In this document: positions 9,782 to 19,145 of the stretch, piece after piece | Layout of the letters: every line of letters begins with the position of its first letter | Position numbering within the stretch: position 1 is the stretch's first letter | Source of the DNA: Folioceros fuciformis | Lineage: Eukaryota | Assembly: GCA_049999805.1 (NCBI GenBank) | Contig: JBNGIO010004078.1 | Coordinates: 1 to 38,965 of the forward strand | Length of the DNA: 38,965 nucleotides | Reading direction: 5' to 3' | Notes under the pieces: model-generated | The model's input: the letters and a program-made list of their open reading frames with translations, nothing else | What the model was told of the DNA's origin: nothing | Databases searched by the model: none | Program-made: the position numbers and the translations under genes

Positions 9782-12700
9782 TCAGTCACGTTGCCCTACT
9801 CCCCCTTCCCCGGGAGCGAGCTGTTGCAACTTTGCCCCACTCCCGGGACGCGGCTCCGCCCCAACCAGAAAGCCATGGACTAGTCCGTCCATATCTGTCC
9901 ACCAGCTCTGGCCCGGCCTCTTCCATGCTCTGATTTCCTGTCTCTTTAGCTGCATCTCATGTGCCTGTTCCCACATCTGGGCACCGGTATATATGTTGAA
10001 CATCAACACATACGCGGCGGCATCTTTCTTGTCCAGCTTCACTGCCTCATCAAAGGCATGCCGGCCCACTGGCACATTCCCCCACTTCTGACAAGCAGCC
10101 AGTAGAGTGCGCCAAACAGCAGAGTCAGGCAGGACGGGCATCGTCCTCACTAAAGCTAGTGCCTCGTCCAAAAGACCTGCACGACCCAGGAGATCCACCA
10201 TACAGGTGTAGTGGTCTACTTTGGGAGTGATTCCGTAGTGGTCACTCATGTCCTCGAACAAGTCTTGGCCCTTTTTCACGAGGCCAGTATGACTGCACAC
10301 TGTTAGTAGACTAAGGAATGTGATTCCATCTAGCTGTGTGCCATCCTCTTTCATGCGATCAACTAAGTCAAAAAGCTCTTCTTGGTCTCCTTGACGGCTG
10401 TATCCAGCAATCAGTGCACTCCAGGCAACAATGTCTCTTTCCGGTAATTCCTCAAACACCTGCCGTGCGTCCACCATGCTACCGCATTTTGCGTACATGT
10501 TTATCAAACTGCCGGCTACAAGCGCATCAGCTTCGAGACCTTGTCCTTTGATCTGGGCATGCAGCTCCCTTCCGAGATGCAAAGCCGCGGAACTTGCACA
10601 TGCCTGCAGGAGACACACATATGTTACAGAATTGGGTGCAACACAGCCTGCTTCCTGCATAGCCCTGTAGATATGAAGCGCTTCCTCCCCCATGCCCTGA
10701 CGGGTATAGCCTGCTATCATGGCATTCAACGCCATCGCATCTTTCTTACCGAGTCCGTCAAAAACATCTCGAGCATCCTCTAAGCTGCCAGACTTTGCGT
10801 ACATGTTGATCAGACTGCTGGTCACAAACACGTCAGCCTGAAGACCTCGCTCTTTGATGTGCGCATGAATTTGCCTCCCCTTTTCCAAAGCCGCGTTGCC
10901 CACTATGGCACACGCTTGCAGAAGGGACACAAATGTTACTGAGTCGGGTGCTGCCATGCCTTCTTCTTGCATCGCACTGAGAAGCACAAGGGCTTCGGAT
11001 ACCATGCCCTCCTGGGAATATGCTGATATCATGGCATTCCATGTTACCACATCTTTCTGGGTAAGCTGATCAAAGACGCCCTGAGCATCGACTAGGCTGC
11101 CGCACTTTGCATACATGTTCACCAAGCTGTTGGCAACAAATACATCAGCCTGAAGATTTCGTTCTCCAACTTGTGCATGGAGCTGCTTTCCTTTTTCCAA
11201 GGCTGTGGTGCCCAGATTTGCACACGCCCGCAAGAGGGAGGCAAAAGTTACAGCATCTGGTGCAGCCATACCTTCTTCTTGCATGCATGTGTAAAGAGAA
11301 AGGGCTTCATGCCCCATGCCCTGCTGTGAATATGCTGCTATCATGGCATTCCACGTTACAACATCTTTTCTATCAAGTCCGTCAAACACATTCCGCGCAT
11401 CGTTCAGCACACCACACTTTGCATACATGTTCACTAAGCTCCCACCCACAACTACCTGAGCCTGAACCCCTTGTATCCTTATCTGTGCATGTAGCTGCTT
11501 CCCCGTCTCTAAACCCCGGGTGCCTACACTTGCACATGCCTGTAGAAGGCACACAAATGTCACAGAATCGGGAGCAGCCGTGCCTTTGTCTTGCATAGCT
11601 TCGTAAAGACCAAGGGCTTCCTGCCCCATGTCATTACAGCAATATCCTGCAATCATTGCATTCCACGTCACCACATCCTTCTGAGACAGTCCCTCAAACA
11701 CAGCTCGTGCGTCCTCTAGGCTGCCGCACTTTGCATACATGTTTACCAAGCTATTGGCAACAGATAAGTTTGCCTGCAATCCTTCTCCTACAAGATGTGC
11801 ATGAAGCTGCTTTCCCCGTTCCAAAGCACGGACACCCAACCTTGCACATGCATTCAGAAGGCACACAAATGTTACAGCATCGGGCACAAATCCTTCTTGT
11901 TGCATACACCCGTAGAGATGAAGAGCTTCCTCCCCCATTCCCTGTTGGCAATATCCTGCTATCAGTGCACTCCAAGTCACCAGAGTTCTTTTACCTAGTC
12001 CGTCAAACACTGCTTGAGCATGTTCTACACTGCCGCACTTTGCGTACATGTTCACCAAGCTGTTGGCTACGAACACATCCGATTGTAGACCGTTTTCTCT
12101 AATTTGTGCGTGAAGCTGCTTCCCGCTCTCCAAAGCTGGGGCGCCCAGAAGTGCACATGCCTGCAATACGGACACAAATGTCACACTGTCAGGTGCAGTC
12201 ATTCCGTCTTCTTGCATGGCCCTGTAAAGACCAAGGGCTTCTTGGCCCATGTTCTGCTGGAAGTATCCTGCAATCATCGCATTCCACGTCACCACATCTT
12301 TCTGAGCCAGTCCTTCAAACACACCCTGCGCAGCCTCGAGGTCGCCACACTTTGCATACATGTTTACCAAACTGTTGGCCGCAAACACATTCACTTGAAG
12401 TCCTCGCTCACTAATTAGCGCATGGAGCTCTTTCCCTTTCTCCAAAGCAGAGGGGCCAACACCAGCACATGCCTGCAGAAGGGCCACAAATGTAACGGAA
12501 TCAGGTACAGCCATGTCATCTTGCATAGACCTATAAAGAACAAGTGCTTCCTGCCCCATGCCCTGCTGAGCATATCCTACTATCATTGCATTCCATGTAA
12601 CCACATTCTTTTCAACTAATCCATCAAACATGCTCCGAGCCTCCTCTACGCTGCCACACTTTGCATACATGTTTATCAAGCTGCTTGCCACATAGACATC

Positions 12701-13921
12701 AGCTTGAAGTCCCAGTTCTCTCATCTGTTCGTGAAGCTGCCTCCCCATCCTTAGTGCTGAGGTTCCCACACTCGCACATGCCTGCAGGAGGCACAAGAAC
12801 GTCACCGAATTGGGGCCCACTATGCCTTCTTCTTGCATAGCACCATAGAGACGAAAGGCTTCCTGACCTTTATGGTGCTGCGAATATCCTGCTATCATGG
12901 CATTCCATATTACTACATCCTTGTCAAGAAGCCCATCAAACACTCTTCGAGCATCTTCCAGGCTGCCACATTTTGCATACATGTCCACCAAGCAACTAGA
13001 TACAAACAAATCAGCCTGAAACCCACTAGCCAACACCTCAGCATGCACCTGTAGCCCAGACTTCAAGTCTGCTCCCCTAGCACAAGCCTGAAGAGCTGCT
13101 ACAAACACATGCCCAGTTGGCTTGACACCTGACCTGCGCATTTGCTGATACAGTTGTACGGCTTGCTTATCTTGACCATGTTTGACATTCGCAGAAATTA
13201 TAGCAGACCAGGTGAAGACATCTGGTTGCGCAACCATGCTGAAAACGTCCATTGCTTCTTGCAACCTGGCGTTGGAAGCATACATCCGCAAGATGTAATT
13301 GCACATGAACGTGTCCGACTCAAAGCCCTTCTTAACCACCAGGGCATGAACACGGCGACCAAGAGGCAGATCCTTTTTAGCCACACATTCTCTTAAGACA
13401 ATATGAAATAAAGGCTTGTAAGTATCACAATCCGTGTGCACCAGAACTCCCAGAACCTCAACGGCCTCATCGAGCTGCCCCTGATTGCACAGTTTCCTCA
13501 CTGTTTCAGCCGTTACACCTAGTCCGTATCCTGCAGACCTGATAGAGACAGCACCATTTGGCACTCCCCAGGTAGTTGTAGGAGCATGACGTTCCATCTG
13601 GACATCCAGAGCAGCCAGCTGCGAATCCACCCAGGCTGGCTTGTGGATGTCGTTTAGCCACAGGACATCCTGGGAATCCCTTTGCCGGAAATCAGGGGAA
13701 TGAGAACTTTTCTTATGTTGCCTGATATCCCACCAAAGTGATGGGTCCAGAAAAAATGCTCGCCACAAGAGCTCCTGCTCCCTGGAGGGGCCATGGCATC
13801 CTGTTGGACGGGCTGGGCTGCCTGCCAGAGTGCTGTATCTTGTGGCTTCATTGTTGGTCAACGGTTGGTTCCTGGCTCGTGCTAAAATACCTGTTAACCT
13901 CCAGACAGCCATGGCTTGCAT
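9782..13921 (-). CDS. PPR-3: PLS-class PPR protein with an N-terminal OSB-type PDF motif (9 P1-L1-S1 triplets + P2-L2-S2, E1, E2, WW-type PG box, truncated DYW)
   Basis: Intronless ORF of about 1379 aa; the track start at 13927 is GTG, with ATGs at 13921 and 13912. A presequence-like N-terminus is followed by LWRAFFLDPSLWWDIRQHKK..SPDFRQRDSQDVLWL..PAWV, then about 32 PPR motifs, ending KRPGQSWWTD..VHGFLVG...*. Confidence 0.94.
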   Translation of the reverse strand: MQAMAVWRLTGILARARNQPLTNNEATRYSTLAGSPARPTGCHGPSREQELLWRAFFLDPSLWWDIRQHKKSSHSPDFRQRDSQDVLWLNDIHKPAWVDSQLAALDVQMERHAPTTTWGVPNGAVSIRSAGYGLGVTAETVRKLCNQGQLDEAVEVLGVLVHTDCDTYKPLFHIVLRECVAKKDLPLGRRVHALVVKKGFESDTFMCNYILRMYASNARLQEAMDVFSMVAQPDVFTWSAIISANVKHGQDKQAVQLYQQMRRSGVKPTGHVFVAALQACARGADLKSGLQVHAEVLASGFQADLFVSSCLVDMYAKCGSLEDARRVFDGLLDKDVVIWNAMIAGYSQHHKGQEAFRLYGAMQEEGIVGPNSVTFLCLLQACASVGTSALRMGRQLHEQMRELGLQADVYVASSLINMYAKCGSVEEARSMFDGLVEKNVVTWNAMIVGYAQQGMGQEALVLYRSMQDDMAVPDSVTFVALLQACAGVGPSALEKGKELHALISERGLQVNVFAANSLVNMYAKCGDLEAAQGVFEGLAQKDVVTWNAMIAGYFQQNMGQEALGLYRAMQEDGMTAPDSVTFVSVLQACALLGAPALESGKQLHAQIRENGLQSDVFVANSLVNMYAKCGSVEHAQAVFDGLGKRTLVTWSALIAGYCQQGMGEEALHLYGCMQQEGFVPDAVTFVCLLNACARLGVRALERGKQLHAHLVGEGLQANLSVANSLVNMYAKCGSLEDARAVFEGLSQKDVVTWNAMIAGYCCNDMGQEALGLYEAMQDKGTAAPDSVTFVCLLQACASVGTRGLETGKQLHAQIRIQGVQAQVVVGGSLVNMYAKCGVLNDARNVFDGLDRKDVVTWNAMIAAYSQQGMGHEALSLYTCMQEEGMAAPDAVTFASLLRACANLGTTALEKGKQLHAQVGERNLQADVFVANSLVNMYAKCGSLVDAQGVFDQLTQKDVVTWNAMISAYSQEGMVSEALVLLSAMQEEGMAAPDSVTFVSLLQACAIVGNAALEKGRQIHAHIKERGLQADVFVTSSLINMYAKSGSLEDARDVFDGLGKKDAMALNAMIAGYTRQGMGEEALHIYRAMQEAGCVAPNSVTYVCLLQACASSAALHLGRELHAQIKGQGLEADALVAGSLINMYAKCGSMVDARQVFEELPERDIVAWSALIAGYSRQGDQEELFDLVDRMKEDGTQLDGITFLSLLTVCSHTGLVKKGQDLFEDMSDHYGITPKVDHYTCMVDLLGRAGLLDEALALVRTMPVLPDSAVWRTLLAACQKWGNVPVGRHAFDEAVKLDKKDAAAYVLMFNIYTGAQMWEQAHEMQLKRQEIRAWKRPGQSWWTDMDGLVHGFLVGAEPRPGSGAKLQQLAPGEGGVGQRD
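13616..13774 (-). other. PDF motif (as in plant organellar ssDNA-binding OSB proteins) encoded within PPR-3
   Basis: ELLWRAFFLDPSLWWDIRQHKKSSHSPDFRQRDSQDVLWLNDIHKPAWVDSQL fits the recalled OSB PDF consensus W..ff..P..WWD.R..K.....PDFK.Kd....LWL....P.Wv...L. Confidence 0.85.
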
Positions 13922-14802
13922 GAGCACACACGAGCTTATGGATGTAAGGGGCTAGCAACAGGATCAAGGCAAGTGCTTGACATGCCAAGAGATCATGCCA
14001 CCCTGTAGACATCGGAATGCAATAGTAGGCATGAGAAAATCATTCACCTGTACAAGATGTACAGGCTCAAGTGCATAGCAAATTGTGAAGATTCAAGTAC
14101 TTCGGCCTGGTCAGTCCATGACCAGAGCGTCATCATTTGAGGATGATGGAAACCTTCTAGAGTCAGCAAACAGTGGAGCCGTAGATACGTACTTGGAAAG
14201 ACGCTCATGCTATGGATGCCCAACGAGTTGTGCAGCAATACGGCCATGCCAGCCATCGAAGGATTGGGTGGCGCAGCCGAGTAAACCACGTTAGAAGCGG
14301 AGTTGGGCACGAGACGAACTCCATCGAATGGCACCAGGCACTTGCCCAGTTCCTGTAATATTAGGTGTGGCATAAGTCGGGCTCGTGTACTTGTGCGACA
14401 TGGAAATGCTTGCAAGGGATTGCAGCAACTGCCAGCAACGAATTGGTACTTGTTGCATCCATCGTGGCGGGACGATCTTCCGAGAGCCATGGCTGTCAAG
14501 TTCTGAGGCTAACACGTATACAGCTGATTGCCGTCCCAGGTTCCATAGTGAACTCTGTGGGAAAGAGTCGCTAGCATGGGTGCCTGTAGAGACGGCATGC
14601 TCTTGATTGTAGGCAAGGTGTGCCTTTCTGTTTCATAGGTGACTCGCATACTGTGTATATGCAGATCCTCGAATTCAATCGACAGTGGGCGCGAATACTG
14701 AGCTTCCCAAGTAGCGTGCGGGCATGACGAGTCCAAGGAGATCGTTCTGCTGAGAAACTTGTAGAAGCGTGCTCATGTGGATTGGGTGACCCAGATGTGC
14801 CG

Positions 14803-17100
14803 ATGGATTGTCGTCTTAATACATCAAATTACGTGCTGGATGGTCGTTACCATGGCAGACCTGGAGGATATGAAGAAGGCATAACGGCTGGAATCGTGAC
14901 CACTCTTTGTCAGCGGGGCCAGCTCTCAGAGGCCGTTTATGCTCTGGGCCTTCTGGTGCAAACAGACTGTCACGCTTCCATCTCTCTCTTTTATATGCTC
15001 GTAAAAGAATGTGTGGCAAAGATGGATCTGTTTCTGGGTCGTCGTGTTCATGCTCTCGCTGTGAAGAAGGGGTATATGTCGGATACTTTTTTGTGCAACC
15101 ACATTCTGCGAATGTATTCTGCCCATGCCAGGTTGCAAGAAGCGGTGGACGTGTTCACTCTGGTTGCCAAACCAGATGCCTATACGTGGGCTGCCATTAT
15201 TTCTGCACATGTTAAACAGGGACAAGATAAGCAGGCCATACATCTGTATCATAGGATGCGGAGTTCCAGTGTGAAGCCGAACTGCTATGTGTTTGTAGCC
15301 GCCCTTCAGGCTTGTGCGAAAGCTGCTGTCCTGAAAGCTGGGCAGCAGGTGCATGCTGACTTGTTGGCTAGTTGCGTGGAGCCTGATTTGTTTGTGCGTA
15401 GTTCCTTGGTGGGCATGTATGCAAAGTGTGGCAGTTTGGAAGACGCGCATAGAGTGTTTGACGAGCTTCCCGAGAAAGATGTAGTGACTTGGAATGCAAT
15501 GATATCTGGATATTCCCAGCAGGGGATGGGTCAGGAAGCCCTCGGTCTTTACATGGCTATGCAGGCGGAAGGTATGACTGCACCGGATTCTGTGACATTC
15601 GTGTCCCTCCTGCAGGCATGTGCAAGTCTGGGAGCCCCAGGTTTGGAGAAGGGGAAGGAGCTTCATGCACAGATCGCCAAACAAGGATTTCAGACTGATG
15701 TGTTTGTGGCCTGCAGTTTGCTCAACATGTATGCAAAGTGCGGCAGCCTAGAGGATGCCCAGGGTGTGTTTGACGGACTTGATCACAAGTACTTGGCGGC
15801 GTGGAATGCCATGATCTCAGGATATTCTCAACAGGGCATGGGGCAGGAGGCTCTTCGTCTTTATAGGGCCATGCAAGAAGAAGGCGTGGTTGCACCCAAT
15901 TCAGTGACATTCGTGTGCCTCCTTCAGGCATGTGCATGTGTGGGAGCTTTGCATCTAGGGAGGGAGCTGCATACACAGATTACAGAACAGGGGCTTCAAG
16001 CTCACCTGCTCGTAGCTGGTAGCTTGATAAACATGTACGCTAAGTGCGGTAGCATGATTGATGCGCAGCAGGTGTTTGAGGGATTGCCTGAAAGAGACGG
16101 TGCCGCCTGGAATGCACTTATTGCAGGCTACACCCGTCTAGGAGACAGTGAAGCGGTCTTCGGCCTGGTTCTCAGGATGAGAGCGGAGGGCATCAAGGCA
16201 GATGGCATCACATTCCTCAGTGCCCTAACAGTTTGTAGTCATACAGGCCTAGTGAGCAGGGGGCGAGAGTACTTTGAGGTCATGAGAACAAGCCATGGCA
16301 TCGAGCCCACAGCTGACCATTATGCATGCATAGTGGACCTCCTGGGTCGTGCAGGACAGTTGGACGAGGCGTTAGGTGTAGCAAAGGCCATGCCCGTGCC
16401 TCCTAATGCTTCAGTTTGGCACACTCTATTAGCGGCTTGTCGAAAGTGGAGCAATGTGGAGATCGGACGCCATGCTTTTGATGAAGCAGTGAAGCTGGAT
16501 GAGAAAGACGCTGCAGCTTATGTCTTGATGTTGAACATATACACCGGTGCCCGCATGTGGGATCAGGCGCGGGAGATGCAGGCCAGGAGAAAAAGAAATA
16601 GGGCATGGAAGGAGCCGGGCCAGACCTGGTGGACAGACAAGGACGGGCTTGTGCATCGTTTTCTCGTTGGCCATAGGAATCATCCCAGGAGCCACGGAAG
16701 GCTGGACAAAAGTTTTACCAAATCCTTCTGGAAAGAAGGATTTGTGCCACATCTCAACGGGGCATCTGACGATGGAAAGGAATCTTCTTCTTGTGGTGAG
16801 AGCGGGAAGCAGGATATCGTTCATGGCCTAAACAACGCATCCGAGAGTGCCCGCCGTGTGCACAGTGTGAAATTTTTGCGCGTCTGCGGGAATTCTTCCA
16901 CTGCCACAGCCTACATATCCAGAGTAGTGAAGCGAATTAGTGAAGCTCGCTGTCTACCACTTGTAGGAGGAGGAGAGATCGTATGGTTGCAGGCTTTGAA
17001 AACCCCTTTGAAAAGTGTGATGAGGCTACCTTCCGTTATTGCATTTCGTTCAAGCCATTCGAGAGCAAAATCATGTCCTCTGCAGCAGCCTCGCTGGTGA
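14803..17100 (+). CDS. PPR-4: PLS-class PPR protein (3 P1-L1-S1 triplets + P2-L2-S2, E1, E2) with a near-full-length but catalytically degenerate DYW:WW domain
   Basis: Intronless ORF; the track start at 14782 is TTG and the first ATG is at 14803. The C-terminus runs PGQTWWTD..VHRFLVG..HP..KEGFVPHL..CGESGK..LRVCGNSSTAT..ISRVVKRI. The HxE motif reads ESG, the CxxC motif reads CGNS, and there is no terminal DYW. Confidence 0.9.
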   Translation: MDCRLNTSNYVLDGRYHGRPGGYEEGITAGIVTTLCQRGQLSEAVYALGLLVQTDCHASISLFYMLVKECVAKMDLFLGRRVHALAVKKGYMSDTFLCNHILRMYSAHARLQEAVDVFTLVAKPDAYTWAAIISAHVKQGQDKQAIHLYHRMRSSSVKPNCYVFVAALQACAKAAVLKAGQQVHADLLASCVEPDLFVRSSLVGMYAKCGSLEDAHRVFDELPEKDVVTWNAMISGYSQQGMGQEALGLYMAMQAEGMTAPDSVTFVSLLQACASLGAPGLEKGKELHAQIAKQGFQTDVFVACSLLNMYAKCGSLEDAQGVFDGLDHKYLAAWNAMISGYSQQGMGQEALRLYRAMQEEGVVAPNSVTFVCLLQACACVGALHLGRELHTQITEQGLQAHLLVAGSLINMYAKCGSMIDAQQVFEGLPERDGAAWNALIAGYTRLGDSEAVFGLVLRMRAEGIKADGITFLSALTVCSHTGLVSRGREYFEVMRTSHGIEPTADHYACIVDLLGRAGQLDEALGVAKAMPVPPNASVWHTLLAACRKWSNVEIGRHAFDEAVKLDEKDAAAYVLMLNIYTGARMWDQAREMQARRKRNRAWKEPGQTWWTDKDGLVHRFLVGHRNHPRSHGRLDKSFTKSFWKEGFVPHLNGASDDGKESSSCGESGKQDIVHGLNNASESARRVHSVKFLRVCGNSSTATAYISRVVKRISEARCLPLVGGGEIVWLQALKTPLKSVMRLPSVIAFRSSHSRAKSCPLQQPRW

Positions 17101-17389
17101 AACCCTGCATTGGAGTCGATGCCATTAGAATTCTCTTCCGATGTTCTTGAAGCTCATCGGGGTTCCCTCCATTCCACTTTTCGGCCATGGGCAGTTCTCG
17201 CCAGCTAGACTTTGGAGCCATGCGGTTTTGCCAACTGATCTGTCTCCCACGCATCTTTCGGGCCGCTACTGCTGCAGCATTATCGTCATGGCAGACCAGG
17301 AATGGTGACGGTGAAGAACGCTGCTGGTAGCCCGGTGTCGCACCAGCGCCAGCTAAGCTTCCCGGCTCGTGCTGCCCCTGGAGCAGCAG

Positions 17390-18357
17390 GGAAGGCTGGT
17401 GCTGGTGGACGGCAACAACCTGTTGAAGGAGCCTACTACAAGCTCATGGCCAGAATCCACCATGGGAAGCTTTTAGAGCACAAGTCGGATGGCCACGGGG
17501 ACTCTGTGCTCACGGTGAGTCTTCTCCGCCCTGCCCAGCCTAATTAGGCTGCTGGAGCTGTTACCCACCTGCGTCACCGTCGTATTCGACTCCAAGGGTG
17601 CCGCCACCTTCAGGCACCTGCTACTGCCGACCTACAAGGCGGGCCGCCCGCCGATCCCCGACGCGTTGGACGAGGCGGTGGGCTATGTCAAGGCCGCGCT
17701 CCTAGCCATGGAGGTGTCAGCGCTGGAGGTCCCCGGGGTGGAGGCGGACGACGTATCGCCGCCTTGGTCGTGCAGGCCTTGGAGGCTGGGATGAAGGTCA
17801 GGGTTGCGTCCGTGGACAAGGATTTCTTCCAGCTCGTCTCCCCGTCGCTACGTCTGCTGCGGCCGCTCCCCAGGGGTCCGGAGTGGTGTCCTTCGGAATA
17901 GAGGAATTCACGGGAAATGTATGGCGACTTAGAGCCGTCACAGTATGTGGATGTGCGGGCTCTGGTTGGGAATGCTGTGGATAGCATTCCTGGCGTGCCT
18001 GGGATCGGGGAGAGGACGGCGGTGAAGCTCATCCAGAAGCACGGCCCTCTGGAATCCCTCCTAGACTGTTGCCACCACGTGCCGGAGAAGCGGGTACGAG
18101 AGAATCTCCTCCGTAGCAAGGAGGATGCCGCTCTGGGAAAGAGCCCCCTCACTCTGCGATCCCAGCTGCCCTCCTCCGTGCTGCCGTCCGAAGTGCAGGA
18201 TCTCGTGTTCCGGGTGCCTTGGGATAGGGGCCTCAGGTACATTCAACTGCTGGATACGATGGGTACGTGTGTGGACCCTTCTGAGTGTAAGCAGCTGAAG
18301 AAGCGATATCTCAAGCTCTGGGAGTCTCTCCTGGAACTTGAAGACTCAGCCAGGTGA
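17390..18357 (+). pseudogene. OEX1: OEX1-like organellar 5'-3' exonuclease (DNA Pol I 5' nuclease family); intronless, at least 5 frameshifts
   Basis: Stitching frames gives GRLVLVDGNNLL/AYYKLMARIHHG..DGHGDSVLT/VFSALPSLIRLLELLPTCVTVVFD..TFRHLLLPTYKAGRPPIPD..LEVPGVEADD/IAALVVQALEAGMKVRVASVDKDFFQLVSPSLRLLR..GDLEPSQYVDVRALVGNAVDSIPGVPGIG. This is colinear with Arabidopsis OEX1 (At3g52050) as recalled. Frameshifts lie near 17428, 17515, 17752, 17884 and 17913. Confidence 0.85.
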
Positions 18358-18388
18358 CGGGAGACGAAACCAGCAGAAGGGCAGGTGC

Positions 18389-18488
18389 NNNNNNNNNNNN
18401 NNNNNNNNNNNNNNNNNNNNNNNNNNNNNNNNNNNNNNNNNNNNNNNNNNNNNNNNNNNNNNNNNNNNNNNNNNNNNNNNNNNNNNNN
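18389..18488. other. Assembly gap (100 N)
   Basis: A run of exactly 100 N, typical of an unsized scaffolding join. Confidence 0.99.
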
Positions 18489-18769
18489 CCACTTTTTGTG
18501 ATTCGACTCATTGTCGGGTGGGATTCTATGGCATGGCGTGGATGGATGCTGCAAGGTGAGTCGGGATTCTATCTCGTGAAATCAGTAGATCGTCCCGGGA
18601 TCAGCAGCGAACCCGGTTCTCAAGTTTGCTGGACATGCATTCGGCTGGTGCGTTGACCGCCTCGGATGCTTCTTGCCCAGCGTCAGCCTCGCAAGCCACT
18701 TTTGTTGCGAGATTTTCTACAATACATTCGGTAGTGGGTTCGCTAGTACGTTTTGGCTCGCAGGCCGAC

Positions 18770-19145
18770 ATAGTGCTAGAGTTGCCATACCTGATCCGTC
18801 ACATTGTCCGCCATTTTCTGTGTGCACGTCAAACATGGCCGAGGTACTGGCGATCCAACCGTACCATCTGATGTGCAGATGGCTACGTGTTTGTGCACGT
18901 GGCAGCTCTCCCTCAGGCCTAGGCAAGGGGTTCAGACTGGAAAAATGGGTGCAAAATGCATGCTGGTGTGCTGGCCAGTGGTGTTGAGCCTCATCTTTTT
19001 CATGTGTACCATTTGCCTCATGGCAGGTATGGAAAGCGTCGCACCTTGGAAGATGCTGAGACTCTGTCTGACGGACTTCCTATAAAAGAGTTGGGCATGG
19101 AATGCCCTGATAGCTGGATATTCCTAGCAGGGCACGGGGCAGGAA
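18770..19145 (+). pseudogene. Decayed fifth copy of the PLS-PPR gene (N-terminal P-L-S-P region)
   Basis: Fragments RVAIPD, SAIFCVHVKHG, AIQPYHLM, GYVFVHVAALPQA*ARGSD..MHAGVLASGVEPHLF, YGKRRTLEDAETLSDGLP and AWNALIAGYS*QGTGQE are colinear with PPR-3/PPR-4 (VAQPDVFTWSAIISANVKHG, GHVFVAALQACARGAD..VHAEVLASG..). Stops and frameshifts are present. Confidence 0.8.

Noticed and set aside
4031-13400. Many 60-160 aa ORFs antisense or out of frame to the PPR genes, with recurring motifs such as MECHDSRI
   Set aside because: These are shadow ORFs produced by the repeated PLS triplets and have no independent coding signal.
3600-16700. Regular ~310-bp periodic repeats that might suggest a CRISPR-like or satellite array
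   Set aside because: They are the protein-coding P-L-S triplets; there is no repeat-spacer structure and no cas genes.
3600-16700. Possible U-to-C editing factors (DYW:KP type)
   Set aside because: The PG-box region reads PGxS/TWWTD (WW class), not KPAxA, and the catalytic residues are absent.
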